A DNA stretch of 63,428 bases, counting the filler, from Octopus bimaculoides (Eukaryota): NCBI RefSeq assembly GCF_001194135.2. It is 5 parts of 5 records of this genome, joined end to end, with 100 filler letters (N's around TTAATTAATTAA, not from the genome) between each part and the next. Parts side by side here need not be neighbours in the genome. Positions count along the whole stretch, not along the records: positions 26,573 to 52,774 come from NC_068996.1; positions 52,875 to 59,410 come from NC_068981.1; positions 59,511 to 63,428 come from NC_068986.1; 2 more parts are not named here. The stretch is one strand, 5' to 3'. Shown here piece by piece: positions 51,676-63,428 of this stretch. How positions within the stretch are numbered: position 1 is the first letter of the stretch; each line of letters starts with the position of its first letter. The notes beneath the pieces were generated by a model that saw only the letters and a list, made by a program, of their open reading frames with translations, was not told the origin of the DNA and did not search any database. The position numbers were made by a program, and so were the translations under genes.

Positions 51676-52230
51676 GAGAGAACAATGAATGTCATCAAAG
51701 TGACACTGCGATACAAATATACGAAACCTAGTATTCCCATCATGACCACCCGTCAGATAAGGGTACATCAGGCACATGCATCACAAGCATATGTACGCGA
51801 CATGGTGAACTCATATCCAAATAAACAACGCATGATGTTGCAGGTGGAGCCCAGATGGAATTTTTTTTAAGTCCAGTAACCCAAACCGCTGAAAAGGTCC
51901 TTGAATAAGGTTTGTTTAAGGATGTTGAGCAAAACACCAATGTTTCCAAAGGTGAATTATTGAAACCCCAAAGAATTCCTCTCAACACATGGCTATGATG
52001 CTCCCCCACTACTTCTGCTCGTGATCAGAGATGTACATATCGTCAGCCACCAAGGGACATGCTCAACTGGCTAAGGTCAAACAACTGACAAGCAAATCTG
52101 TGGTATTGAGCAGAATATTTGATGTAGCCCATCTTTTTATACCAAGACAAAACAATGTACATGATAACACTTCCAATCAATTAAGATCAGGAGCCATGAG
52201 AGCCACTGCCTGCTACTGCATAAGGATGAT
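51676..52230 (-). mobile_element. ~570-bp element, copy 2
   Basis: Reverse complement of 11131-11698. Confidence 0.85.
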
Positions 52231-52352
52231 TATTATTTACCTTTCGTATCATTGGAAGTTAAGTAGACACACACACACACATACGCACACACACACACAT
52301 GCATGCATGTGTGTGCGTATGTGTTAAATTAAGAAATGGTGAAAATTCTGTA

Positions 52353-52431
<79 letters not shown>

Positions 52432-52705
52432 GTAATAATAATAACAACAACAACAACAGCAACAACAACAATAATAATAATAATAATGATAATAATAATA
52501 ATTATAAACTTATAGCTTATAAGCGTTCACCGTGTATTAGCTATAGAAAACAGTTTACTATTGGGGCATATAAAAGTTGTGAGTTCCATTACCACGCGTT
52601 CTAATATCCACTTTTTTCTATCGACGGCGTATATGCTCCAATATTAGACTATATTCTTCAGCCAATACACAGTGTTCACTTATAAACTTTAAGCTTATAA
52701 CTATT

Positions 52706-52774
<69 letters not shown>

Positions 52775-52874
52775 NNNNNNNNNNNNNNNNNNNNNNNNNN
52801 NNNNNNNNNNNNNNNNNNTTAATTAATTAANNNNNNNNNNNNNNNNNNNNNNNNNNNNNNNNNNNNNNNNNNNN
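52775..52874. other. Artificial scaffold spacer
   Basis: N44-TTAATTAATTAA-N44. Confidence 0.95.
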
Positions 52875-52903
52875 TATATATAAATACACGCACACACACA
52901 CAC

Positions 52904-52948
<45 letters not shown>

Positions 52949-53789
52949 CAGAATATGAGGCAGAATGTATGATTTCACGAAAACCTGCATATAAGAGCAG
53001 TATGGGAGGAGTGTTGGGCCAAGTAATATATCGTGTAGTCTGGAGCAGTAACCATGTGGTTAGTAAACAAGCTATTTGTATTTCCAGTGAGTTGAAATAT
53101 TTTGAGTTGGCGGATTATATTACGTATGTTTGAAAATCATTAGAATTTAATCAGCGAGATATTGGAAGGTACCGTTGATAAGGCGCTACAAATCTATACA
53201 AATCGAACATGTAGCTTTGAAAATTGATGAGATCTTGGATTAATTAATATCGATACATGTTAATCGAAATATTAGAATGATATTTTATGTAAAACGTTTC
53301 GCAATGCCTTTCAATACATACGGAATATTAAAACACGATGTAATCTATGTTTGGTGTATTGAAAGCATTAGGAGAATCGATAGCAGTGGATTGGTAGCAT
53401 GACTCATGTTTCAAATCGCTAGAACGTCGAGCAAAATTATAAGGTCAGGTTAAATTTTACTCGACAGGAAGAATAGCTTCGTAACGTGTATGTCGGTTTG
53501 TTAAATATATTTCGTGTCCTATGTTGCTGTAAGCCGACGTGCACACTTCATCGCTCCACTTACTGTTGATTCAGCGTCACATCAGGACTTTAACAGCTTC
53601 AAGGGGCGATAAAAGGAAAGTAATAACTCCACAAACCCCCAGCCAGTTCTTCATTTACAAGTGACTAAACTAAAGCAAGGTAAAATTATGTTCTGTGGTT
53701 CAAAGACATGAAGCACCGTTCTCTGCAAGACCTGAATATACAAACGTATTACCATGATCAGAAAACACCAAATTACGACAAGGATGTGA

Positions 53790-54095
53790 CTTTGCGGCTA
53801 GGTTATTCGGCCCATGATTTTAACGCCGTGACTTCGATTTCCGGCAGTTCATTCCGTCCTTGAGCAAGACACTTTATCTATCATAAACGCAGTCCATGCA
53901 GCTGGCAAAAATGAGTTGGTCTTCTAATTCAAGAGGTCAGCCTTGTCACGCTGTAACATGCTGAATCTCCCTGACAACTAGATTAAAAGTGCTCGTGTCT
54001 GTCGTGTGCACAGCCACTTTCACGTTAATTTCATCAGCAGACTGTTTAGCTGATGGTATCAACTGGAACACTCATCGTCGTAACCGACGAAAATC
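53790..54095 (+). mobile_element. CORE-type SINE with family B tail
   Basis: GTCCTTGAGCAAGACACTTTA..AAAATGAGTTG..CCTTGTCAC..CACTTTCACGTTAATTTCA..AACTGGAACACTCATCGTCGTAACCGACG. Confidence 0.75.
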
Positions 54096-54225
54096 CAAGC
54101 CGAGGCCTTAACTACTCGATTAGGTGCTGGAGGATTAAACAATATGCTTTGTAGTATTTGCTTCGGTCGTGCATTCGAGGTCGTCTGAGTCAATGATCTC
54201 GACCAACCTTTTCACAGTTGTTGCC

Positions 54226-54424
54226 AACATTGGTTTCCAACCCTTTTATTTAAGTGAGTTTTCACACGGACCCTTTCTAATATACTTAACTTCACAAACA
54301 CACTCACACACACACGCACACACACACATATACATATATATATATGAGATTTTGCATTTAGTTCATGCCCCCCCCCCTTTGCGGACCAACAGGGGTCCAC
54401 GGACCCCAGATGGGGAACCACTGA
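54226..54424. mobile_element. Possible hAT-type MITE
   Basis: Imperfect TIRs CATTGGTTTCCAACC / GATGGGGAACCACTG; no TSD visible. Confidence 0.4.
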
Positions 54425-54489
54425 CATAGATTAACTCTCCGTATTGAATGTTAGGCTCTGAGCCTATAGAAAAACATAATGATTGCGGT

Positions 54490-54640
54490 TTTCTGTTCCT
54501 TGTCTGTACGTTCCCAGTTCAAATCTTGTCGATGACAACTTTGCCTTTCTTCTTTTCGGGATTGATAAAAAAAAAAAAAAAAAAACGTCAAGTCGATGCA
54601 ATCGACTAACCTCCTTCTTTGTGACCTTATACCAAATCTC
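54490..54640 (+). mobile_element. SINE family A, degenerate
   Basis: CAGTTCAAATCTTGTCGATGACAACTTTGCCTTTCTTCTTTTCGGGATTGATAAA. Confidence 0.65.
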
Positions 54641-55889
54641 TGAATGAGTCATCATAATTTAATTCTATTCTATTCTATTATATTTTGAAAGAAATACATG
54701 CACTCGTCTGTCGTGACAGTTGGGAAGAAGTCCATTTTTATTCAGCGGTTACCTTGTTATTTATTTAGTTATTTACTTATATGCCTATCAAAGTTCATAC
54801 GCAAACCCGAGTTGATAAGATTATAAGCTCAATAGGGAGATTACATTCTCCCTTCCTATGGGAAATTAGATTCTACACTAGTAGAAGAAAAAAAACAACA
54901 ACTTGTATATAACAACAGAAAGATTAAAAACCTCTATTGAATATTTAGCACTTAATGTGTTGCCTTAGATTTGCAGAAACGAACACTTTTTCTTCATTTA
55001 AATTAGAAGTTTCTCAGTACGTCCAATTGTTATTTTATCTTAAGAAAAATATCCGTCTTGAAAACAATATTGGAAGTTGAACGTAGTCAAAATGTACCTT
55101 TTGAAGCCTATTTTGTTTCTCTTTATATGTGCGTGTGCGTGTGTGTTTCTTTTTCATATTTGTTGTTATTATTTTCTGTTAACTGATAATTGTAATTTTA
55201 TTTTTTGTTCATTGTTATGATTCAAAGCCAGCAATATGAGATGAATATTTTTATTCGCAATTCAATCTCATAATCATCAAAGGTCTTATGTTTATCAATA
55301 ATGGTGTCTTTGAAATTTGGATTCTTTTGTCGTGGCAATGTAAAATTCTTAAATTGAACAAATTATATTATAAAACATTTTTCAGTAAAAGGGAAAAAAA
55401 TGCAAATAAATAAAAGAAAAACCGGAAAAAGTTACAACGAGCTTGTTGCTCGTACTTCAGGTTTCAATTTTGGATTTTTGTTTTTCTATTATGATTTGAA
55501 TAGTTACCAACTTCAACATTAAGACATGAAAAGTTTTTAAAGAATTATAAATATGCCGAAGAATTAAAGCTAATTACGCAAAGTATCAGCGAAGAAAAAT
55601 GATTTTAGGTTCATTCTTTAAGAAATCTGAAGCATAATACGATTTTTTTTTTTATTTTTAATTTATACTCTTGTGAGATAGTTTCGTATTCACTTTTCCA
55701 ATGGTCAATTATTTAACACAACCGCATCTTGATAAGTTATTGAAGTGTAATATGATGGCGGAAGCACAATACAGGAGATTGTGTAGCCACGGGAAATCTC
55801 TTATAATGACGTTCTAGCCATGAAAATCACTCTTTGGTTTTATATAGCTATTTACGTTACACGACACAGTTCATAATCTTTCAATTTAC

Positions 55890-55920
<31 letters not shown>

Positions 55921-56626
55921 NNNNNNNNNNNNNNNNNNNNNNNNNNNNNNNNNNNNNNNNNNNNNNNNNNNNNNNNNNNNNNNNNNNNNNNNNNNNNNNN
56001 NNNNNNNNNNNNNNNNNNNNNNNNNNNNNNNNNNNNNNNNNNNNNNNNNNNNNNNNNNNNNNNNNNNNNNNNNNNNNNNNNNNNNNNNNNNNNNNNNNNN
56101 NNNNNNNNNNNNNNNNNNNNNNNNNNNNNNNNNNNNNNNNNNNNNNNNNNNNNNNNNNNNNNNNNNNNNNNNNNNNNNNNNNNNNNNNNNNNNNNNNNNN
56201 NNNNNNNNNNNNNNNNNNNNNNNNNNNNNNNNNNNNNNNNNNNNNNNNNNNNNNNNNNNNNNNNNNNNNNNNNNNNNNNNNNNNNNNNNNNNNNNNNNNN
56301 NNNNNNNNNNNNNNNNNNNNNNNNNNNNNNNNNNNNNNNNNNNNNNNNNNNNNNNNNNNNNNNNNNNNNNNNNNNNNNNNNNNNNNNNNNNNNNNNNNNN
56401 NNNNNNNNNNNNNNNNNNNNNNNNNNNNNNNNNNNNNNNNNNNNNNNNNNNNNNNNNNNNNNNNNNNNNNNNNNNNNNNNNNNNNNNNNNNNNNNNNNNN
56501 NNNNNNNNNNNNNNNNNNNNNNNNNNNNNNNNNNNNNNNNNNNNNNNNNNNNNNNNNNNNNNNNNNNNNNNNNNNNNNNNNNNNNNNNNNNNNNNNGTAA
56601 ACTATAAATGCTGAGTGGAGTGCAGT

Positions 56627-57760
56627 ACACTTTATAAACGTATCTGTCGTCATTAAAATAGAAATGAAAAATAATGATTCAAACGAATAAAAATAGGAAA
56701 TTAATTCTTATGAGGCGGGGAAAAACCTCTACCGAGACTTAGAAACAGCTTGCTAGTGCAAGTGCAGTCAGTCGAAACCTCCACATACCGGAAGCCACTA
56801 GGTTTCACAGGTGATCAGGAGAGAATGCGCACCGTTTCGGAGCCTTCTTCTCGAGGCTTTACAGCGTGCCGCCTTCTCCCCTCACAGATGTGAGCGCAAA
56901 CGTCCTGGCTCCACCGACTGGTATTCGATCTCAAGTTCATTTTGAGATCATCAGCTTTTTTTTTTTATCTATGGATTCTTTGATTCCTATTTTACTAGAG
57001 TAGACCCCTGTAGCCATTCGATGTTTAAAGTCTACTGTTGTATTTTTATAATTAAATATCATTAGTTTTGTGTAAAAATTGTTAAAATAGTTTGTGTATT
57101 ATGGACGAATAATCAATTTGTTGGACATAAACTTTACTGGTCTGAAGCACAATTTTTCATGGCCCCTGAAAAAATACTGTGGACCCCAATTTACAACATT
57201 TCATCCGTAGATCCCCAAAGATCGTATATGGACAACCATGGTCTATATGGATCCCAGTTGAGAAGCCCCGGTCTAGAATTTGGGTTTTCCTGCGCCAGAC
57301 CAAGACTGTAGCTGCTGTCAATTGGTGGCAAACATCGGTAAGCAAACGCCATCTTAAAAGTGTTCCCAGAAACAGTTGACCAAACCAGCCATTGCATATG
57401 GCTACAAAGAGTGATGAAGCATAACTGGAGAGGTGATGACCTCAAAATGAACTTGAGATCGAATACCAGTCGGTGGAGCCAGGACGTTTGCGCTCACATC
57501 TGTGAGGGGAGAAGGCGGCACGCTGTAAAGCCTCGAGAAGAAGGCTCCGAAACGGTGCGCATTCTCTCCTGATCACCTGTGAAACCTAGTGGCTTCCGGT
57601 ATGTGGAGGTTTCGACTGACTGCACTTGCACTAGCAAGCTGTTTCTAAGTCTCGGTAGAGGTTTTTCCCCGCCTCATAAGAATTAATTTCCTATTTTTAT
57701 TCGTTTGAATCATTATTTTTCATTTCTATTTTAATGACGACAGATACGTTTATAAAGTGT
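56627..57760. repeat. Perfect 320-bp inverted repeat (56627-56946 / 57441-57760) around a ~490-bp spacer
   Basis: No mismatch found between the arms when compared by eye. Confidence 0.92.
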
Positions 57761-57922
57761 GATAAGCCGTAATTTGGCAACAGATAATATGAATAAACGG
57801 TATAAACCGTAAAACCTGAATATATGATTTCATACATCAAATATAAGTTCGAATAAATCTGTACCCAGTATTATACTTAATAGAGATGCAGACTGATGTT
57901 AAATATTTATAACAACAACAAG

Positions 57923-57960
<38 letters not shown>

Positions 57961-58436
57961 GAATGTAAATATTTATATATCTATACATATATTATATATG
58001 CGTGTCTGTATGTATGTATATGTCTGCGTATGTGTGTATCTATCACTTTATCTCTCTCTCCCCCTCTCTCTCTCTATATATATATGTATACATATACGTA
58101 TATATATATATGTATGTATATATGTATGTATATATGTATGTATGTATATATGTATCCGCTCTTAATTGATGCAACTATCATTATAAGGCTTCATGTTCTC
58201 TGAGCGCCTGAGATATAACAATCTATTGTGATGTGAGTAAAGTAGCTTCACAATCGTTATTCTGATTCCAGAATTTATTGATTGTTATTTTTCTTTTAAT
58301 GTTTTAGAAGTAAGATTACACTTGCGTGCAATATATTTTTGTATTAGCAACCAATTATTTTCATAACATTTAGAGTTAGGCTTCAATATCAATGATGATA
58401 TCTGCTAGTGACCTCACATCTTCAACAGTACAAATA

Positions 58437-58700
58437 CTTTATCACATAGCATGGCCTTTCCCCTTTAACATAACAGATACTGTACCACAATGTCTGGCGT
58501 CTTCTTCGAAATATCGGAAACTGTACCACAAAGATTAGCCTTTCTCTTCAAAATAGCAAAGCTTGCATCACAAAGACCAGCCTTCTCCTGCAACATAGCT
58601 AAAACGGTATCACAAACAATGGCCTTTCTCTTCCAGATAGTAATGATTGTAACACAAAAGACGGCTTTTCTTTTCAACTAAGCAAAGATTGTATCAAAAA
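58437..58700. repeat. Degenerate 42-bp tandem repeat, about 6 units
   Basis: Unit ~ACTGTACCACAAAGA..GGCCTTTCTCTTCAA.ATAGCAAAG. Confidence 0.7.
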
Positions 58701-59226
58701 TAAAAAATTCCCGTACATCCCAACAAAGACTAAATCATAGACAATGATCTTTGTCTTTTCCCAGGTCGAGTTAAGAAAAAAATAGACTTCAGTTTTCAAA
58801 AAATATTAAGCAATTATAGAAGTTTAATAGGGCCAAGAATGGAGGTTCAATGAAGGTACTAACACATACAGCTATACTAGAGTTTCTCTACAAAAATGAC
58901 TACCGCACTGGTTAGTAGGAAGGTATACTCCAGCACATTCCAATCTTAGTCATAGATGTATCTTACGTACATTCTGCTTGCCTACATTACTATTTTGGTA
59001 CTTGAAAGTGGATATTTTCATGCTTTCTCTACTGACGCCGTTCCCATATCTCTTTGTGGTATTCTATAAACTAAGCCGTGCGATTGTTTCACTGGTGGCT
59101 AAGTGCATGAACCCTGACAGTATTCTAACTAAAATTATTAGTGGCGTTAATATCCACATCCATTAATCCACTAGGTCTGACATAACATTTCCCAGGACAA
59201 TATGTATATCATCAAAATAAGTGTGT

Positions 59227-59280
<54 letters not shown>

Positions 59281-59374
59281 TCATATTTTGGGATGGTCAT
59301 TTTTTGTTGCCGAATGGACTGACAATCCCGAAGTATAACAATATCAATTTCGATCTTGCAAAGCGAATACATTT

Positions 59375-59410
<36 letters not shown>

Positions 59411-59510
59411 NNNNNNNNNNNNNNNNNNNNNNNNNNNNNNNNNNNNNNNNNNNNTTAATTAATTAANNNNNNNNNNNNNNNNNNNNNNNNNNNNNNNNNN
59501 NNNNNNNNNN
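59411..59510. other. Artificial scaffold spacer
   Basis: N44-TTAATTAATTAA-N44. Confidence 0.95.
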
Positions 59511-59627
59511 AGAGTGAATGATACAGATAGACCAACAGAAAGAGATATGATAGCTAGATAGACAGACAGACAGGCAGACAGACAGGCAGACTGACAGACA
59601 GACAGACAGACAGACAGGAAGATAGAT

Positions 59628-59677
<50 letters not shown>

Positions 59678-60269
59678 TTGGATATAAGACTGTATAGGAT
59701 GAGCTGAGAGGCACATAAAAGACATTTAGACAGATAAGGAGTGCGAGAGCGACAGAAACAGTTAAAAGATCGGTTTGGTCAAGTACGCATTTAAAGCTTT
59801 CAAGGAAAGATCTTATTTCAAAAGGTCCATGGAGAAGTTCTTGAATTCACAGGAATACGAGATGTCTGCAATACAGAATATTGTCTTCACCACGAATTCT
59901 GGTGTCGCTTCGGTTTAGGTTTACGCCGATTTTCATTGAATATCCACATGTATTGTAACATCTATACAACTATACATGCACGCTCACATTCAGTTTTATA
60001 CACATACGGATCCAGGTATTATATGTATGTATGTATGCATGTATGTATGAATGTATATATGTATGAATGAATGTGTACACAGGCACGCACACACNNNNNN
60101 NNNNNNNNNNNNNNNNNNNNNNNNNNNNNNNNNNNNNNNNNNNNNNNNNNNNNNNNNNNNNNNNNNNNNNNNNNNNNNNNNNNNNNNNNNNNNNNNNNNN
60201 NNNNNNNNNNNNNNNNNNNNNNNNNNNNNNNNNNNNNNNNNNNNNNNNNNNNNNNNNNNNNNNNNNNNN

Positions 60270-60310
<41 letters not shown>

Positions 60311-61141
60311 GTTTATCAGTCATTTGTTCTTATGAAATATATGTATATGTGTATACAGAAATGTATGTGCGTGCATATACATACTATGTATATATATACA
60401 CACGCATATACATACAAACACATACTATTCACGCTGATCACGCGCGTGCACACGTACACATGTACATTATTACATAATAATTAAATATATGCATCAATAC
60501 ACATAGAAGCAAATATCTAAACATATTAAAACGATATGTAGATATTCACACATATACACTTTCATATGCACATCATACATGTGCATGTATATACGTACAA
60601 ACGCATAAATGAGAAGCATTGACATCAGACATTTACCTACATACACAAGCGCACACGTGCGCAATATTATCCGCGCAAAACTTTATACCCTGATTCGTTA
60701 AGAAGTTTTTAACAGTATTGAATCGCTGTTGACAGGCCCCTATCTCAGAACTTCTGATCCCTTTTAGACCATTACTTTCGATATGCAACCGCTTGCTGAC
60801 CCCCGTTTTATAACAGTAAACGTGAGAAGCGGTTTTAAATAGACGAGTGTGGTAGAGAGTGACAAGACAAAGAAACTCACACATCCATCCATCCATCCAT
60901 CCATCCATCCATCTATCCATCCATCCATCCATCTACCCGTCCATCCATCTGTCCGTCAGTCCGTTCGTCCGTTCGTCCGTCTGTCCGTCAGTCCGTTCGT
61001 CCGTCTATCTATCTATCTATCTATCTATATATATATATAAATCAATCTATCCATGTTTTCGCCCATGTCCCCCTCTCCTCTTTCCTTTCTTCTANNNNNN
61101 NNNNTTCCTTTCTTCTACCTCTCTATCTCTGTTCACACACA

Positions 61142-61180
<39 letters not shown>

Positions 61181-61539
61181 ATTTAGCCATTCATGCACAA
61201 GTATGAACGTATACACTTTTACTTTAATTATTTACTGTTTTCAAAATATAAGAAAGCATTTATAAGATATTCAATTGCATGCAAAGAATGATTATTAGTT
61301 ATACAATTCAAATTATATAATCAAAATCCTTTGTCAAATCTTCAGAGACATGTGACCTTTAGACATAACATCACTAGAATATTGGTTTCGAATNNNNNNN
61401 NNNNNNNNNNNNNNNNNNNNNNNNNNNNNNNNNNNNNNNNNNNNNNNNNNNNNNNNNNNNNNNNNNNNNNNNNNNNNNNNNNNNNNNNNNNNNNNNNNNN
61501 NNNNNNNNNNNNNNNNNNNNNNNNNNNNNNNNNNNNGGC

Positions 61540-61910
61540 ACCAGGCCAGCAAGTCCAGGTAGATGGGGCTAAGTCGGGTACAACGATTCCAGTGCTCGAC
61601 TAGTACTATTTTATTGATCCCGAAAGGATGAATGGCAAAGTCGGCTTCGGAGGAATTTGAACTCAGAAAGTAAAGACGAGTGAAATACCTCTACGCGTTT
61701 TGCACGGTGTGCTAACGATTCTGCCATCTCACCGCTTTAAATTACTGAAATATTGGTTTCAAATTTTGGCACAAGACCAGAAATTGAGGAGAACGGCCAA
61801 GCCGATTTGATGAGCGTCAGTGCTCAACTGGTACTTTTCTTCATCGATCCCAAAACGATGAAAGCAAGTCGACCTCATGAAATTTAAACTCTGCTAGATA
61901 GTCACCTTAT
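61540..61910 (-). mobile_element. Tandem pair of SINE A copies (61540-61737, 61750-61910)
   Basis: Two family A bodies in the same orientation; junction AATATTGGTTTCAAATTTTGGCACAAG. Confidence 0.8.
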
Positions 61911-62477
61911 ATTACTGAAATACTGACAGGATTTACATAGTTTCCGTCTCCTTTCAAATTTCATTAACTCAGTTATTCTCGTCAACTTTACTTATTCTTA
62001 TATCTTGTTCGATCCACATTCTTTCGTATGAATGTGAGACGGTGATGTTTGATTTGAAGGAGTTCGACTTCTTTTTACCCCACGTCGAGCGACCACGCAG
62101 TGGTTCCTCATTAGCTAATCCGTATTGTTGTTGTTGTTGTTGTGTCAACGAGTGATAATGCTGCTAAGGATGTTAATGATGTTGACGATGATGATGGTTG
62201 TAACAACAACAACAACAACAACAACAACACAGAACAAGAAGATCAGCAACAATGACAAGCAATAAATGGAATAACCGAAAGGCAAAGTGTGTTGCATCAA
62301 AAGTACGCAAACAGCCAGAATGAAAGGAAATATATAAAGACGGAAAGGAAGAAATGAAGAACGAAAGAGAGAGAGAGGGTGGGGAAGAAAGAGAAATAAA
62401 CGGATTCAGATAGACAGACAGCAGAAAGGACGCTAAAAAGAAACTTAATTCTTTGAAAAGAGAAAACAGAAACGTCT

Positions 62478-63158
62478 TGAGCCTTTTCAAAAATATTGGA
62501 TAACTTCCAGAAATCGTTAGCCTTGCAGTGCTACAGATGAGCACTGCCAGTTCGAGATAAACTCTACCGGCGCAGAAGCTTCGTCAAGCAGGACTGCCTG
62601 AGATGAGCGCAGAGCGACGAAAGCGTTCTGCATGCACTTGTGCAGCGTTCGAGTTTTGCTGACTTGTTGAGTTATGTCGAACAGCTGTAATCGCATAAGA
62701 GACGAATCCGACTATCGACCGAAACCATCATGAGGGTAGCCCAACCACTCACCTTTAACAAGCCAAGGCAGACGGTGTTCCTCTGTCTCGTGGCTATGGG
62801 GAAAGGGGTTGTGTGGTGACCAGGAAGAAAAGATTGATAAAAGATACCATCCTCACCGACTTTTTAAAGTTCTGCTTGGAAAGAAATGTGAAGGTGAAGA
62901 GAAAAGTGCTACATCCTAGTGAATTTATGCAAAGCTCGGTGACTGTGGCCAAATTAGTTTGAGTGAATGGAACTACACTACAGCATGCGCCTCTAGATAG
63001 AGCTTGAGAGAGGGCTCGTACCTTCGGTGGTCAGGTTAATCCTGGATCTGTAAGGTTCCTTAATTGGCCCAAGCTGACTGGCCTTAATTTCTCCTGTATC
63101 AAGAGGACTGCATCATTCGTGTTATATATTTTGTATGCCATATATACTTTTATATTGT
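62478..63158 (+). mobile_element. Degenerate L1/Tx1-type LINE 3' end
   Basis: DNFQKSLALQCYR*..DCLR*AQSDESVLHALVQ..TVFLCLVAMGKGVVW..FLKFCLERNVKVKRKVL; homologous to 49400-49567 and 26573-26846. Confidence 0.8.
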
Positions 63159-63428
63159 GGAGGCGCAATGGCCCAGTGGTTAGGGCAGCAGACTCGCGGT
63201 CATAGGATCGCAGTTTCGGTTCCCAGACCGGACGTTATGAGTGTTTATTGAGCGAAAACACCTAAAACTTCACGAGGCTCCGGCAGGGGGATGGTGGCGA
63301 ACCCTGCTGTACTCTTTCACCACAACTTTCTCTCATTCTTACTTCCTGTTTCTGTTGTGCCTGTAATTCAAAGAGTCAGCCTTGTCACACTGTGTCACGC
63401 TGAATATCCCCGAGAACTACGTTAAGGG
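63159..63428 (+). mobile_element. SINE family B with intact tRNA-like head (runs off the window)
   Basis: TGGCCCAGTGGTTAGG A-box, GTTTCGGTTCC B-box-like, body matches 6846-7172. Confidence 0.85.

Noticed and set aside
57520-57640. Hammerhead-like words in the 320-bp arm (GAAGAAGGC..GAAAC; CTGATCA..GAAAC)
   Set aside because: No CUGANGA core with complementary stems I and II.
63159-63235. tRNA-gene-like sequences (also 35776, 2353, 4624)
   Set aside because: They lack a full cloverleaf and continue into repeated SINE bodies or tails.

Overview
AT-rich, gap-ridden eukaryotic DNA dominated by microsatellites and interspersed repeats. The SINE families and repeat landscape look like an octopus/coleoid cephalopod genome (recall-based inference, not a database result). 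Four 100-nt spacers (N44-TTAATTAATTAA-N44) show that five separately assembled segments were joined. No complete host gene, intact tRNA/rRNA gene or CRISPR array can be supported, and almost all ORFs in the track are microsatellite or N-run artefacts. Supportable content: a disrupted L1/Tx1-type LINE (APE+RT+CCHC, 46496-50546) plus two more Tx1 3' fragments; four restriction-like-endonuclease (Dong/R4-like) LINE ends, all ending in (AAT)n; three Penelope-like (PLE) GIY-YIG/RT remnants; a full-length dead DD34E Tc1; a mariner end with an exact 53-nt internal inversion; mariner- and Tigger-type MITEs; and dozens of tRNA-derived SINEs from at least five families. Most interesting: (1) a tRNA-headed element whose tail carries a minimal hammerhead ribozyme and a PLE-style inverted duplication (4475-4855); (2) a (TAA)n-targeting Dong/R4-like family with a recurrent ~570-bp non-coding partner; (3) a perfect 320-bp inverted repeat; (4) a few candidate host exons and a candidate promoter, including a signal-peptide+KR exon. 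SINE and repeat boundaries are approximate, read by eye.
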